Of a stretch of DNA of 25,561 bases, positions 9,297 to 17,052 are shown one piece after another (positions within the stretch are counted from its first letter, which is position 1; each line of letters opens with the position of its first letter). A program made the position numbers and the translations under genes. The notes beneath the pieces were generated by a model, which ran no database searches, had not been told where the DNA came from, and worked only from the letters and a program-made list of their open reading frames with translations. Origin of the DNA: Armatimonadota bacterium (lineage in GTDB: Bacteria; Armatimonadota; UBA5829; DTLH01); NCBI GenBank assembly GCA_039679675.1, contig JBDKUN010000061.1:1-25561 (forward strand), read 5' to 3'.

Positions 9297-9299
9297 GCT

Positions 9300-10229
9300 C
9301 TACCAATCTCCTACTATCCTTACTTCATAAATGAGATCGACATCGAACTCTTTTTTAACTTTCTCACGCACCTGCTCGGCAAGCGCACGAATATCAGCCG
9401 CGCTGGCTGACCCCATGTTCATAATGAAATTGCCGTGTTTATCGGCAACGGCCGCATCACCGACACGAACTGCCTTGAGTCCGGCCTGGTCGATCAACTT
9501 TCCAGCGCTCTGGCCGTCAGGGTTCTTGAACATACACCCGGCACTCCGGCCTATCGTGGGCAGATTGACATTTCTGCGGGCTCTGATGGCCTCAGCAGTC
9601 CGAACAAGTTCGTCTTTATCCCCCGGTTCCAGGTGCAAACTCGCTTCCGTGATGATCTTGCTCTTATCCGTCTGAAACACACTCCAGCGGTATTTGAACT
9701 GAATGTCATCAGGAGTCAGTTCGAGCTGCTCACCTTTATCTGTTACTACGCGCACAAGCTCGACGACGTTTCCGATCTCTCCCCGGTAAGTCCCGGCGTT
9801 CATTACGATCGCCCCACCGATTGTACCGGGAATTCCAGCGATGTTCTCCATCCCTGCAAGCCCTGCATCGACGGCTGCCGATACGGCTTTATCGAGTTTT
9901 GCCCCGCTTCCAGCTGTGATGCGTTCTTTATCGACTGAAATCTTCGTGAAAGGCTTTCCCATCCTGATGACGACGCCCCGGATGCCTTTGTCCGCCACGA
10001 GCAGGTTCGCGCCGTCGCCGAAGACGAACCATGGTATCTGCTGCCTGTTCACCCAAGCCATAATCGCCGCGAGGTCGGCGGCGTCTGCCGGTTCCACGAA
10101 GATATCAGCCGGGCCGCCGATACCGAAGGTAGTATGTTTCGCCATCGGCTCATCGGTCTTCACTGTTCCACGGATAATCCGTTCTAGTTCTTTGCTTGCT
10201 TCAGTATTCAAAGCCGTAATACCACTCAC
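9300..10229 (-). CDS. murB: UDP-N-acetylenolpyruvoylglucosamine reductase
   Basis: Motifs HTTFGIGGPAD, G.GANLLV.D.G, GIPGTIGGA..MNAG, SAGCMFKNP, KHGNFI.N, YEVRIVG. Confidence 0.97.
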   Translation of the reverse strand: MSGITALNTEASKELERIIRGTVKTDEPMAKHTTFGIGGPADIFVEPADAADLAAIMAWVNRQQIPWFVFGDGANLLVADKGIRGVVIRMGKPFTKISVDKERITAGSGAKLDKAVSAAVDAGLAGMENIAGIPGTIGGAIVMNAGTYRGEIGNVVELVRVVTDKGEQLELTPDDIQFKYRWSVFQTDKSKIITEASLHLEPGDKDELVRTAEAIRARRNVNLPTIGRSAGCMFKNPDGQSAGKLIDQAGLKAVRVGDAAVADKHGNFIMNMGSASAADIRALAEQVREKVKKEFDVDLIYEVRIVGDW

Positions 10230-10275
10230 TATTTCTTAACGTGCCGGACGCTGTAAAAGATACAGCAAAGTTCAA

Positions 10276-11301
10276 CTACTTTCGGTTTATCAGTCCGCGT
10301 TCGATCATGCATTCCGCTATCTGGACGGCGTTTAAGGCAGCTCCCTTGCGGATGTTGTCGGCTACTACCCACATATCGAGCGTGTTCGGACATGAGGAGT
10401 CCTGCCGAATACGGCCAACGTAAACAGGGTCCGTGCCGTCGGCAAGAAGCGGCATCGGATATTTGCCGTTTTCGGGGTCGTCGATCACTTCTATCCCCGG
10501 TGAAGATGAGAGGATCGCGCGGGCCTCGTCTGCTGTAATCGGATGCTCAAATTGCACGTTCACAGTCTCGGAATGAGCCCGTATTACCGGCACGCGCACG
10601 CATGTAGCCGACACGGCAAGGTCAGAACACCCGAATATCTTCCGTGTCTCCTTGATCATCTTGATCTCTTCGCCGTAATATCCGGGAAACTCGTCCTTAA
10701 GCTTGGAAATCTGCGGGATCAGGTTGCCATGGATCTGGTAAGGGTACTCCTTGACCTCTGCATCACAGCCGGAGGCGCAGGCTTTTACCTGCTGCTGAAG
10801 TTCCCGTATCGCAGCACCCCCGGAACCGGACACAGACTGATAGGTTGAGACGACAATCCGCTTCATCACTGCCTTTTTGTGAAGCGGAGCGAGAGCAGCG
10901 ACCATCTGGATAGTGCTGCAGTTGGGGTTTGCAATAATCCCCTGATGGCTGTCCAGTGCTTCGGGGTTTACTTCAGGGACAACGAGCGGTACTCGCGGGT
11001 CCATCCTGAAGTCGTCACCGTTATCGACTACGACCGCGCCCCTCTTAACGGCTTCCCAGCCGTAAAGTTGAGATGCGCCCTTTTCGCCTTCGGTCCCGGC
11101 AAAAAACGCTATGTCGATACCGTCGAAAGCGTCTTCCGTAGTAGGGATGACGTCGAACTCGCGTTCATCGAGAACCTGCCGCCGCGCGGAACGGGCCATT
11201 ACTTTGAGGTTTGAGATCGGAAAATTTCTCTGCCGAAGCACCTTCAGCATCTCTTCGCCGACAGCCCCGGCTCCTACTACAGCAACATTATAACCAGCCA
11301 C
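10276..11301 (-). CDS. asd: Aspartate-semialdehyde dehydrogenase
   Basis: Motifs AVVGAGAVG, VPLVVPEVN, IANPNCSTIQ (catalytic Cys), STYQSVSGSG, ATCVRVPV..AHSE, DNIRKGAALNAVQIAE. Confidence 0.97.
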   Translation of the reverse strand: MAGYNVAVVGAGAVGEEMLKVLRQRNFPISNLKVMARSARRQVLDEREFDVIPTTEDAFDGIDIAFFAGTEGEKGASQLYGWEAVKRGAVVVDNGDDFRMDPRVPLVVPEVNPEALDSHQGIIANPNCSTIQMVAALAPLHKKAVMKRIVVSTYQSVSGSGGAAIRELQQQVKACASGCDAEVKEYPYQIHGNLIPQISKLKDEFPGYYGEEIKMIKETRKIFGCSDLAVSATCVRVPVIRAHSETVNVQFEHPITADEARAILSSSPGIEVIDDPENGKYPMPLLADGTDPVYVGRIRQDSSCPNTLDMWVVADNIRKGAALNAVQIAECMIERGLINRK

Positions 11302-11317
11302 TTAATCTTGCACCTTT

Positions 11318-11749
11318 CTAGTCTTCACTTGGTTTTTCAATTCTGTTAATGCCCTCGACCGATGACAACTTGCGGTCGAAAGAAAACAACCTGCCACCGC
11401 AGTTTTCCAACGCGGCAGCACAAGCACAGGCATCGCCGAAATGCGCCTGAGTAGTAGCAAAAATCTCCAAAGCGCGAATATATCTAGGCTTGTCAGTCAT
11501 TAGGACATAATCCGATTGCAGAATCGGGTCGAGTGCTACAAACACTTCAGATCTTGATCTGCCATAATGTTTTGTGAGGACAAAAACAGCTTCAGATAGT
11601 ATGACTGGATCGCAGCTAATTGTTAATTCGCCTTGCGACACACGGTCCATTATGGCTTCGGCTTTGGCAAAGAGTTCCTCATTGTCTGGAATCAAATAGC
11701 GCAGAATGACATTCGTATCGATAGCAAACACCTTACCGGACATCTTCAT
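11318..11749 (-). CDS. vapC: PIN-domain (VapC-type) toxin
   Basis: PIN acidic residues present: IDTNVILRYL, LSEAVFVL, FGDA, LFSFDRKL. Overlaps the 3' end of the antitoxin gene. Start is 11749 or 11743. Confidence 0.9.
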   Translation of the reverse strand: MKMSGKVFAIDTNVILRYLIPDNEELFAKAEAIMDRVSQGELTISCDPVILSEAVFVLTKHYGRSRSEVFVALDPILQSDYVLMTDKPRYIRALEIFATTQAHFGDACACAAALENCGGRLFSFDRKLSSVEGINRIEKPSED

Positions 11750-11993
11750 GTGCTACCTCTCCTGCAATCGCTTTCTCTGTTTTCTGTCGTATTTTCTCCC
11801 AGTCCTCGGCATTACCCATCTTAAGCCCGCGAAAAATACCCTTAACATCCATAATCGATCTTACAGGCTTAAGAACAACTTCATTATCTCTGACTTCGAT
11901 CTCCATCTTGGACTTCGGAATAATTCCTAGTTTCTTACGTATATCAGCGGGTAAGGTAACCTGCCCTTTGTCGGAAACATATATTGCAGCCAT
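11733..11993 (-). CDS. AbrB/MazE/SpoVT-family antitoxin (VapB-like)
   Basis: VSDKGQVTLPADIRKKLGI is the swapped-hairpin signature. 86 aa, GGAGG RBS, directly upstream of the PIN gene. Confidence 0.92.
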   Translation of the reverse strand: MAAIYVSDKGQVTLPADIRKKLGIIPKSKMEIEVRDNEVVLKPVRSIMDVKGIFRGLKMGNAEDWEKIRQKTEKAIAGEVAHEDVR

Positions 11994-12005
11994 AACACAA
12001 CCTCC

Positions 12006-12042
12006 ATGTATACATTATGCCCTAATTCGTAATCACATGCAA
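12006..12042 (-). promoter_or_regulatory. Sigma70-type promoter and putative operator of the TA pair
   Basis: TTGCAT (12042-12037), 17 nt, CATAAT (12019-12014). A perfect 10-bp palindrome ATGTATACAT (12006-12015) overlaps the -10/+1 region. Confidence 0.6.
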
Positions 12043-12049
12043 CATCCGA

Positions 12050-12838
12050 CTACAATATATTATCCAACCCGTAGACCACGCCGTTTAATCCTCTCACCCT
12101 GCGGATAGCCAGAAGCACGCCGGGCATGAAACTCGTGCGGTCGATGCTGTCGTGCCGGATCGTGAGCGTCTGTCCCTGCCCACCGAAGATGACTTCCTGG
12201 TGCGCGACGAACCCTGGGAGCCTCACGCTGTGGATCTGGACCCCAAAATGTTCGTCACCCCGCGCTGCTGGAACTGTTCCCTGTTCCCTTTTCTCTGTTC
12301 CCTTCGCTTTCGCTATCATTTCCGCAGTCTTTATGGACGTACCGGATGGAGCATCAAGCTTTTTGTCGTGGTGAAGCTCGATTATCTCGACGGAGGGCAT
12401 ATACTTCGCCGCTTCGGCAGCAAATTTCATCATGAGCACTGCGCCGATTGCGAAGTTTGGGACGATAAGTGCCGGAGTGGCATTTTTCGCGCTCAAATCC
12501 ATCAACTCGGCGAGGTCTTCCTGAGTTATGCCTGTCGTGCCTACTACTGCAGGGATTTTGCACTCCATCGCAGTCCTCAAGTTGCCCATGACAACAGATG
12601 GCGCGGTAAAATCAACCATTACATCCGGCTTTACTGCATCTATCGCGGCTGTAAGGTCACCGATGACTTCAGCATCACTGTCTATACCCGAAATAACTTC
12701 AGAAAGCTTCTTCCCGACGTTTGTCACATCGACTGCACCGGCTATCACCATGTCGGACGCGCCGGAGACCGCCCGGCAGGTTTCCTGTCCCATCCTGCCG
12801 CATGCGCCTGAGATTAAAACTCGAATCTTTTCGCTCAT
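12050..12838 (-). CDS. dapB: 4-hydroxy-tetrahydrodipicolinate reductase
   Basis: Motifs GACGRMG, VDFT, VVGTTG, PNFAIG, EIIELHHDKKLDAPSGT, IHSVRLPG.VAHQEV, RHDS.DR.SFMPGV. Confidence 0.98.
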   Translation of the reverse strand: MSEKIRVLISGACGRMGQETCRAVSGASDMVIAGAVDVTNVGKKLSEVISGIDSDAEVIGDLTAAIDAVKPDVMVDFTAPSVVMGNLRTAMECKIPAVVGTTGITQEDLAELMDLSAKNATPALIVPNFAIGAVLMMKFAAEAAKYMPSVEIIELHHDKKLDAPSGTSIKTAEMIAKAKGTEKREQGTVPAARGDEHFGVQIHSVRLPGFVAHQEVIFGGQGQTLTIRHDSIDRTSFMPGVLLAIRRVRGLNGVVYGLDNIL

Positions 12839-14091
12839 GACATTTGCCTCACTTGTTCGAACGGCCCTACAACAGCGAGCGCGATCCGTTCGTCAGCCAG
12901 AAGCTCATTTGCGACTCTTATCACATCGTCCGCTGTGACTCTCGTAACGGCTTCTATTATCTCCCCAACCGGAATAACCCTGCCGAAGTAGAGTTCTGAG
13001 TTCGCTAAACGGCTCATCCTGTTGGACATGCTTTCCTGTCCGAGAACAAGCGCTCCTTTTATCTGGTTCTTTCCCCGTATAAGCTCCACATCATCGAGTT
13101 TCTCGGTTTTGATAAGGCCAAACTCTTTTCCTATCAGGTCTATAACGAGTTCAGTGTTCTCCGGACTGGTGCCTGCATAGACAGTAAACATGCCGCCTTC
13201 ACGGTACGATGCTGAATACGAGCCTATCGAGTAGACCAGTCCACGGTTTTCGCGTACCTCCTGGAACAGCCTGGAACTCATCCCTCCGCCGAGCACTGCG
13301 TCGAGCACCGCCAGAATGTATTTATCCTCAGATGCCTGTGGATACCCTTCCGTACCTATACAGATGTGAACCTGTTCAACAGGCTTTTTAGTAAACTTCG
13401 TGCTGCCGTTTGATACAGGCGTAACATGCTTTGCGGGATACCTCTTCCCGCTCATTTCACCGAAATACTTCGCGATGAGTTCTACCAGGGTACCATGCTC
13501 GATATTACCCGCAGCGGAGATGACTATGTTATCCGGCGTGTAAAATTTGTGGAGATGGTCTAGAAGACTTTCTCTATCGAACGCTTCGACTGAGCTTTTG
13601 GTCCCGATAACCGAATTGCCAAGCGGATGTGAATGCCACAAAGTCTGCGCGAACAAATCGATCACCAGGTCGTCTGGAGTGTCTTCGTAGCGCTTTATCT
13701 CCTCCAAAACAACGTTTTTCTCGCGGGCTAGTTCCACTTCATCGAAAGTCGAATGGAGAATCATATCCGCCAGAATATCTACAGCCGCCGGAAGATGCTC
13801 GGACAAGACTTTTGCGTAGTACCAGGTGGCCTCTTTGTCGGTGAAAGCGTTTAAATGTCCGCCGAGCGTATCCATTTCATTGGCAATCTGACGAGGAGAG
13901 CGCCGCTCCGTGCCCTTAAAGAGCATGTGCTCGATGAAGTGGGATGCGCCTCTCGACTTTCCGTGTTCATCGCGCGAACCGGCGTCAACCCAAACTCCGA
14001 CGGAGACAGAGTCCACGTAGGGTATGTATTCGGACAGCACCCGAATGCCGTTAGGAAGCGTTGTTTTATCGATTGTTGTTTTTTGTTTCAT
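12835..14091 (-). CDS. M16 (pitrilysin) family zinc peptidase, YmxG/PepR-like
   Basis: Motifs TLPNG, GSRDE, HFIEHMLFKGT (HxxEH), NAFT, GGGMSSRLFQEVRE.RGL.YSI. ATGA overlap with dapB. Confidence 0.95.
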   Translation of the reverse strand: MKQKTTIDKTTLPNGIRVLSEYIPYVDSVSVGVWVDAGSRDEHGKSRGASHFIEHMLFKGTERRSPRQIANEMDTLGGHLNAFTDKEATWYYAKVLSEHLPAAVDILADMILHSTFDEVELAREKNVVLEEIKRYEDTPDDLVIDLFAQTLWHSHPLGNSVIGTKSSVEAFDRESLLDHLHKFYTPDNIVISAAGNIEHGTLVELIAKYFGEMSGKRYPAKHVTPVSNGSTKFTKKPVEQVHICIGTEGYPQASEDKYILAVLDAVLGGGMSSRLFQEVRENRGLVYSIGSYSASYREGGMFTVYAGTSPENTELVIDLIGKEFGLIKTEKLDDVELIRGKNQIKGALVLGQESMSNRMSRLANSELYFGRVIPVGEIIEAVTRVTADDVIRVANELLADERIALAVVGPFEQVRQMS

Positions 14092-14094
14092 AAT

Positions 14095-14118
14095 AAAAAA
14101 TGCCGCCTTCCGGCGGCA
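14095..14118 (-). terminator. Terminator-like hairpin immediately before the M16 start codon
   Basis: Minus strand reads TGCCGCC-GGAA-GGCGGCA followed by TTTTTT. Confidence 0.75.
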
Positions 14119-14134
14119 CTATTGGTATATGCAT

Positions 14135-14173
14135 AAAACCGGGACAGGCAGAACCACCTTGTCCCGATTTTTT
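14135..14173 (-). terminator. Hairpin/terminator directly after pnp
   Basis: Minus strand reads AAAAAATCGGGACAAGG-TGGTTCTG-CCTGTCCCGG-TTTT. A/T tracts on both sides suggest it may be bidirectional. Confidence 0.65.
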
Positions 14174-14175
14174 AC

Positions 14176-16473
14176 TTATCGTTTTGGTCTAAAATGCGCC
14201 CGGACTTCGCCGGAGCCCTTGTCTTCATCAGATCCGCGGTCTCTGCCGTATTCCTGTCTGCCTCGTTCTGGGCCTCTTCTTCCGCCTCGTTCTGGACCTC
14301 TCCGGCCACCGCGCTCTCCGCGTTCACCTTCGGGACGAGGAGCTTGAGCGGCTGCCATTCTGGCTTCCATCTCTTCCTCGGTCTCACCAGAACGAGGTTT
14401 CTGGGTCAGACCCTTCATGGAAAGCCTGATCTTGTTGTCCTCACCAGGCACTACCTTAACCAGCACCTCATCGCCTATGCGGACGACATCCTCGACCCTG
14501 TTAACTCGGCCTGCAGCCATCTCGGAGATGTGGACCATCCCTTCGCGGCCTGGCAGAATCTCTACGAATGCGCCGTAGTTCTCGATTCGGGTCACTTTGC
14601 CGGAGTAGGTCTGTCCGACCTCAACATCACGGGTGATGTCTTCGACGATCTTGAGCGCTTTCTCGCCGCCTGCAGCATCGACGGAGGTTATATAAACGTG
14701 TCCGTCCTGCTGAATATCGAGTTTAGCACCTGTATCGGCTTCGATCTTCTTGATGATCTTGCCTCCGGGGCCAATTATATCGCCGATCTTGTCGGGATGG
14801 ATCTCGATCACGAAGACTCTCGGTGCATACTCTGAAAGCACCGTTCTCGGCTCGTTTATGGTCGAGAGCATAATGTCCAGAATGTGCGCTCTGCCTTCGC
14901 TTGCGCGGCTGAATGTTTCCTTGATGACCTCGTGCGGTATTCCGCCGATCTTTGTGTCCATCTGGATAGCAGTAATACCGTTTTTGGTCCCTGCCACCTT
15001 GAAGTCCATATCGCCGGTGAAGTCTTCCATCCCCTGGATGTCACTTAGGACAACATGCCGTCCCTGATCGTCCGTTATGAGCCCCATAGCGATCCCTGCG
15101 ACCGGAGACGCAAGCTGAACGCCCGCGTCCATAAGTGCAAGAGTCGATCCGCAGACGCTCGCCATGGACGAGCTCCCGTTTGACTCCAAAACGTCCGAGA
15201 TGAGAAGCATCGTATAGGGGAAGTCTTCCTGTGAAGGAATGACATACCTAAGCGCCCGCTCTGCAAGCGCTCCATGCCCGACTTCTCTTCGTCCGGCAGC
15301 TCGAAGCGGCCTGGTCTCACCTGTAGAGAACGGAAGGAAGTTGTAGAAGTGCATATAGCGCTTCTCAGTATCCTCTTCGAGGCCGTCTATAATTTGTGCA
15401 TCATCGAGCGATCCCAGAGTGACTGTAGTCAGCACCTGAGTCTGGCCTCTGGTAAAAACGCCTGAGCCGTGGACTCTCGGAAGCAGCCCGACTTCACACC
15501 AGATGTCTCTGATCTGATCGATCTTCCGGCCGTCCGGCCTTATCCCCTTATCAAGGATGAGTTTTCTGATCTCTTCCTTGACCACCTTTTCGGCAGCTTC
15601 GGCAATCTCAGATTCTCTTTCCGGGAACTGATCGGCGAGCCGTTCAACAACAGCCAGCTTCACGTCGTTGATCCCGCTCTCACGGGATGCTTTGTCCGGG
15701 TCCTGGATTGCATCCACGATCTCCGAGGAAGCGTTGTCGCGTACAGCCTGAAGAATCTCTTCATCTATTTGATGAAGAGGGACTTCCCTCTTTGTTACGC
15801 CAAGCTTCTCGGCCAGTTCTTCCTGAAGCGCACAAATCGATTTGATTGCATCGAATCCGAAATCGATTGCTTCTACTACCAATTCTTCCGGCAACTGCCC
15901 GGCACCGCCCTCAAGCATCGTCACGGCATCTTTGGTTCCGGCGATGATAAGGTCCAAGTCGGAAACAGCCTGCTGCTCAATACTCGGGTTAAGCACGAGC
16001 TGCCCATCGACTCTGCCCACTCTAACGGCCCCGACAGGGCCAAAGAATGGGATATCCGACACGGTCAGAGCGGCAGATGCCGCGACCACGGCCAGGATGT
16101 CGGCGGGGCAGTCGAGCTCCATAGAGTAAGGAATCGCGATGACCTGCACATCATTCCGCATTCCGTAGGGGAATAACGGCCTGAGCGGCCGGTCAATGAG
16201 TCGCGAGGTTAAAACAGCCTTCTCGGAAGGCCGTCCTCCGCGCTTTACGAAGCCGCCGGGAATCTTTCCTACGGCAGACTTGCGCTCTTCATAGTCGCAT
16301 GTAAGCGGGAAGAACCCCATACCTTCTTTGGGCTGATCGCTCATTGTAGCGCTGGCGAACACCACTGTGTCGCCGCATGAAACTACGACTGAGCCATTCG
16401 CTTGCTTCGCCAGTTTACCTGTCTCGATAGCAAACGTTCGACCTCCCAGGTCGAGTTCAACTCTGTTCGTCAT
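14176..16473 (-). CDS. pnp: Polyribonucleotide nucleotidyltransferase (PNPase)
   Basis: Motifs [50 protein letters not shown] domain (IIGPGGK) and S1 domain ([16 protein letters not shown]); charged C-terminal tail. Confidence 0.99.
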   Translation of the reverse strand: MTNRVELDLGGRTFAIETGKLAKQANGSVVVSCGDTVVFASATMSDQPKEGMGFFPLTCDYEERKSAVGKIPGGFVKRGGRPSEKAVLTSRLIDRPLRPLFPYGMRNDVQVIAIPYSMELDCPADILAVVAASAALTVSDIPFFGPVGAVRVGRVDGQLVLNPSIEQQAVSDLDLIIAGTKDAVTMLEGGAGQLPEELVVEAIDFGFDAIKSICALQEELAEKLGVTKREVPLHQIDEEILQAVRDNASSEIVDAIQDPDKASRESGINDVKLAVVERLADQFPERESEIAEAAEKVVKEEIRKLILDKGIRPDGRKIDQIRDIWCEVGLLPRVHGSGVFTRGQTQVLTTVTLGSLDDAQIIDGLEEDTEKRYMHFYNFLPFSTGETRPLRAAGRREVGHGALAERALRYVIPSQEDFPYTMLLISDVLESNGSSSMASVCGSTLALMDAGVQLASPVAGIAMGLITDDQGRHVVLSDIQGMEDFTGDMDFKVAGTKNGITAIQMDTKIGGIPHEVIKETFSRASEGRAHILDIMLSTINEPRTVLSEYAPRVFVIEIHPDKIGDIIGPGGKIIKKIEADTGAKLDIQQDGHVYITSVDAAGGEKALKIVEDITRDVEVGQTYSGKVTRIENYGAFVEILPGREGMVHISEMAAGRVNRVEDVVRIGDEVLVKVVPGEDNKIRLSMKGLTQKPRSGETEEEMEARMAAAQAPRPEGERGERGGRRGPERGGRRGPERGRQEYGRDRGSDEDKGSGEVRAHFRPKR
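14260..14317. repeat. Imperfect 24-nt tandem repeat in the pnp 3' end
   Basis: GCCTCGTTCTGGGCCTCTTCTTCC (14260-14283) and GCCTCGTTCTGGACCTCTCCGGCC (14284-14307), plus a partial third unit. Encodes (ERGGRRGP)x2-ERG. Confidence 0.8.
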
Positions 16474-16488
16474 ATTTAGTTAATTATC

Positions 16489-16758
16489 CTATCTTCTCAG
16501 GCCGAGCTTGCCCACTATGGCTCTATAACGGTTGATATCCGTCTTGACCAGGTAGTTCAGGAGCCGCCTGCGCTGTCCGACCATCATAAGGAGGCCACGT
16601 CGGGAGTGATGGTCCTTCTTGTGCTCCTTCAGATGCTCGGTAAGTTGGTTGATGCGCGTGGTGAGTAAGGCTATCTGAACCTCAGGTGAGCCTGTGTCGC
16701 CCTCATGAGTCTTATGCTCTTCGATAATCTCGGCCTTTCGCTCTTTAATAAGCGCCAA
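16489..16758 (-). CDS. rpsO: 30S ribosomal protein S15
   Basis: Motif [35 protein letters not shown] at 16758 lies 9 nt after GGAGGT and gives the typical 89 aa. Confidence 0.98.
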   Translation of the reverse strand: MALIKERKAEIIEEHKTHEGDTGSPEVQIALLTTRINQLTEHLKEHKKDHHSRRGLLMMVGQRRRLLNYLVKTDINRYRAIVGKLGLRR

Positions 16759-16787
16759 AATGTACATACCTCCCAGTGTTATACGAA

Positions 16788-16816
16788 AATTTACCATGCC
16801 ATGGCCCAAATGTCAA
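16788..16816 (-). promoter_or_regulatory. Sigma70-type promoter for rpsO-pnp
   Basis: TTGACA (16816-16811), 17 nt, TAAATT (16793-16788), preceded by TGG (extended -10). Confidence 0.75.
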
Positions 16817-16921
16817 ACGCCAGCCTGCCATGTTAGATATCAGTCTTCAGCTGTCAGTAGGGAAAGAAATTGTGAATGTCGTGCTTCGGGACGAACTGCG
16901 GTCCCGAAGCATAGGGTATGA

Positions 16922-16986
16922 CGTCATTCCGAGCTTGACTCGGAATCCAGGAAAAGAATGGACCCTGAATCAAGTTCAGGGTGACG
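16922..16986. repeat. CGTC-tagged REP-like palindromic element, inverted dimer
   Basis: CGTC-ATTCCGAG-CTTGA-CTCGGAAT-CC on the plus strand and CGTC-ACCCTGAA-CTTGA-TTCAGGGT-CC on the minus strand, separated by a short purine-rich spacer. Confidence 0.8.
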
Positions 16987-17052
16987 TGGTTCTATCCCTG
17001 TTCCCTTTAGTGTTTTCGTTGTTTCGGGACACCTTGTCCCGAAACCTGCCTT

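Noticed and set aside
16882..17045. Hairpin cluster, and the 25437-25500 repeat, considered as CRISPR-like arrays
   Set aside because: There are no three or more near-identical direct repeats with regular unique spacers, and no cas genes.
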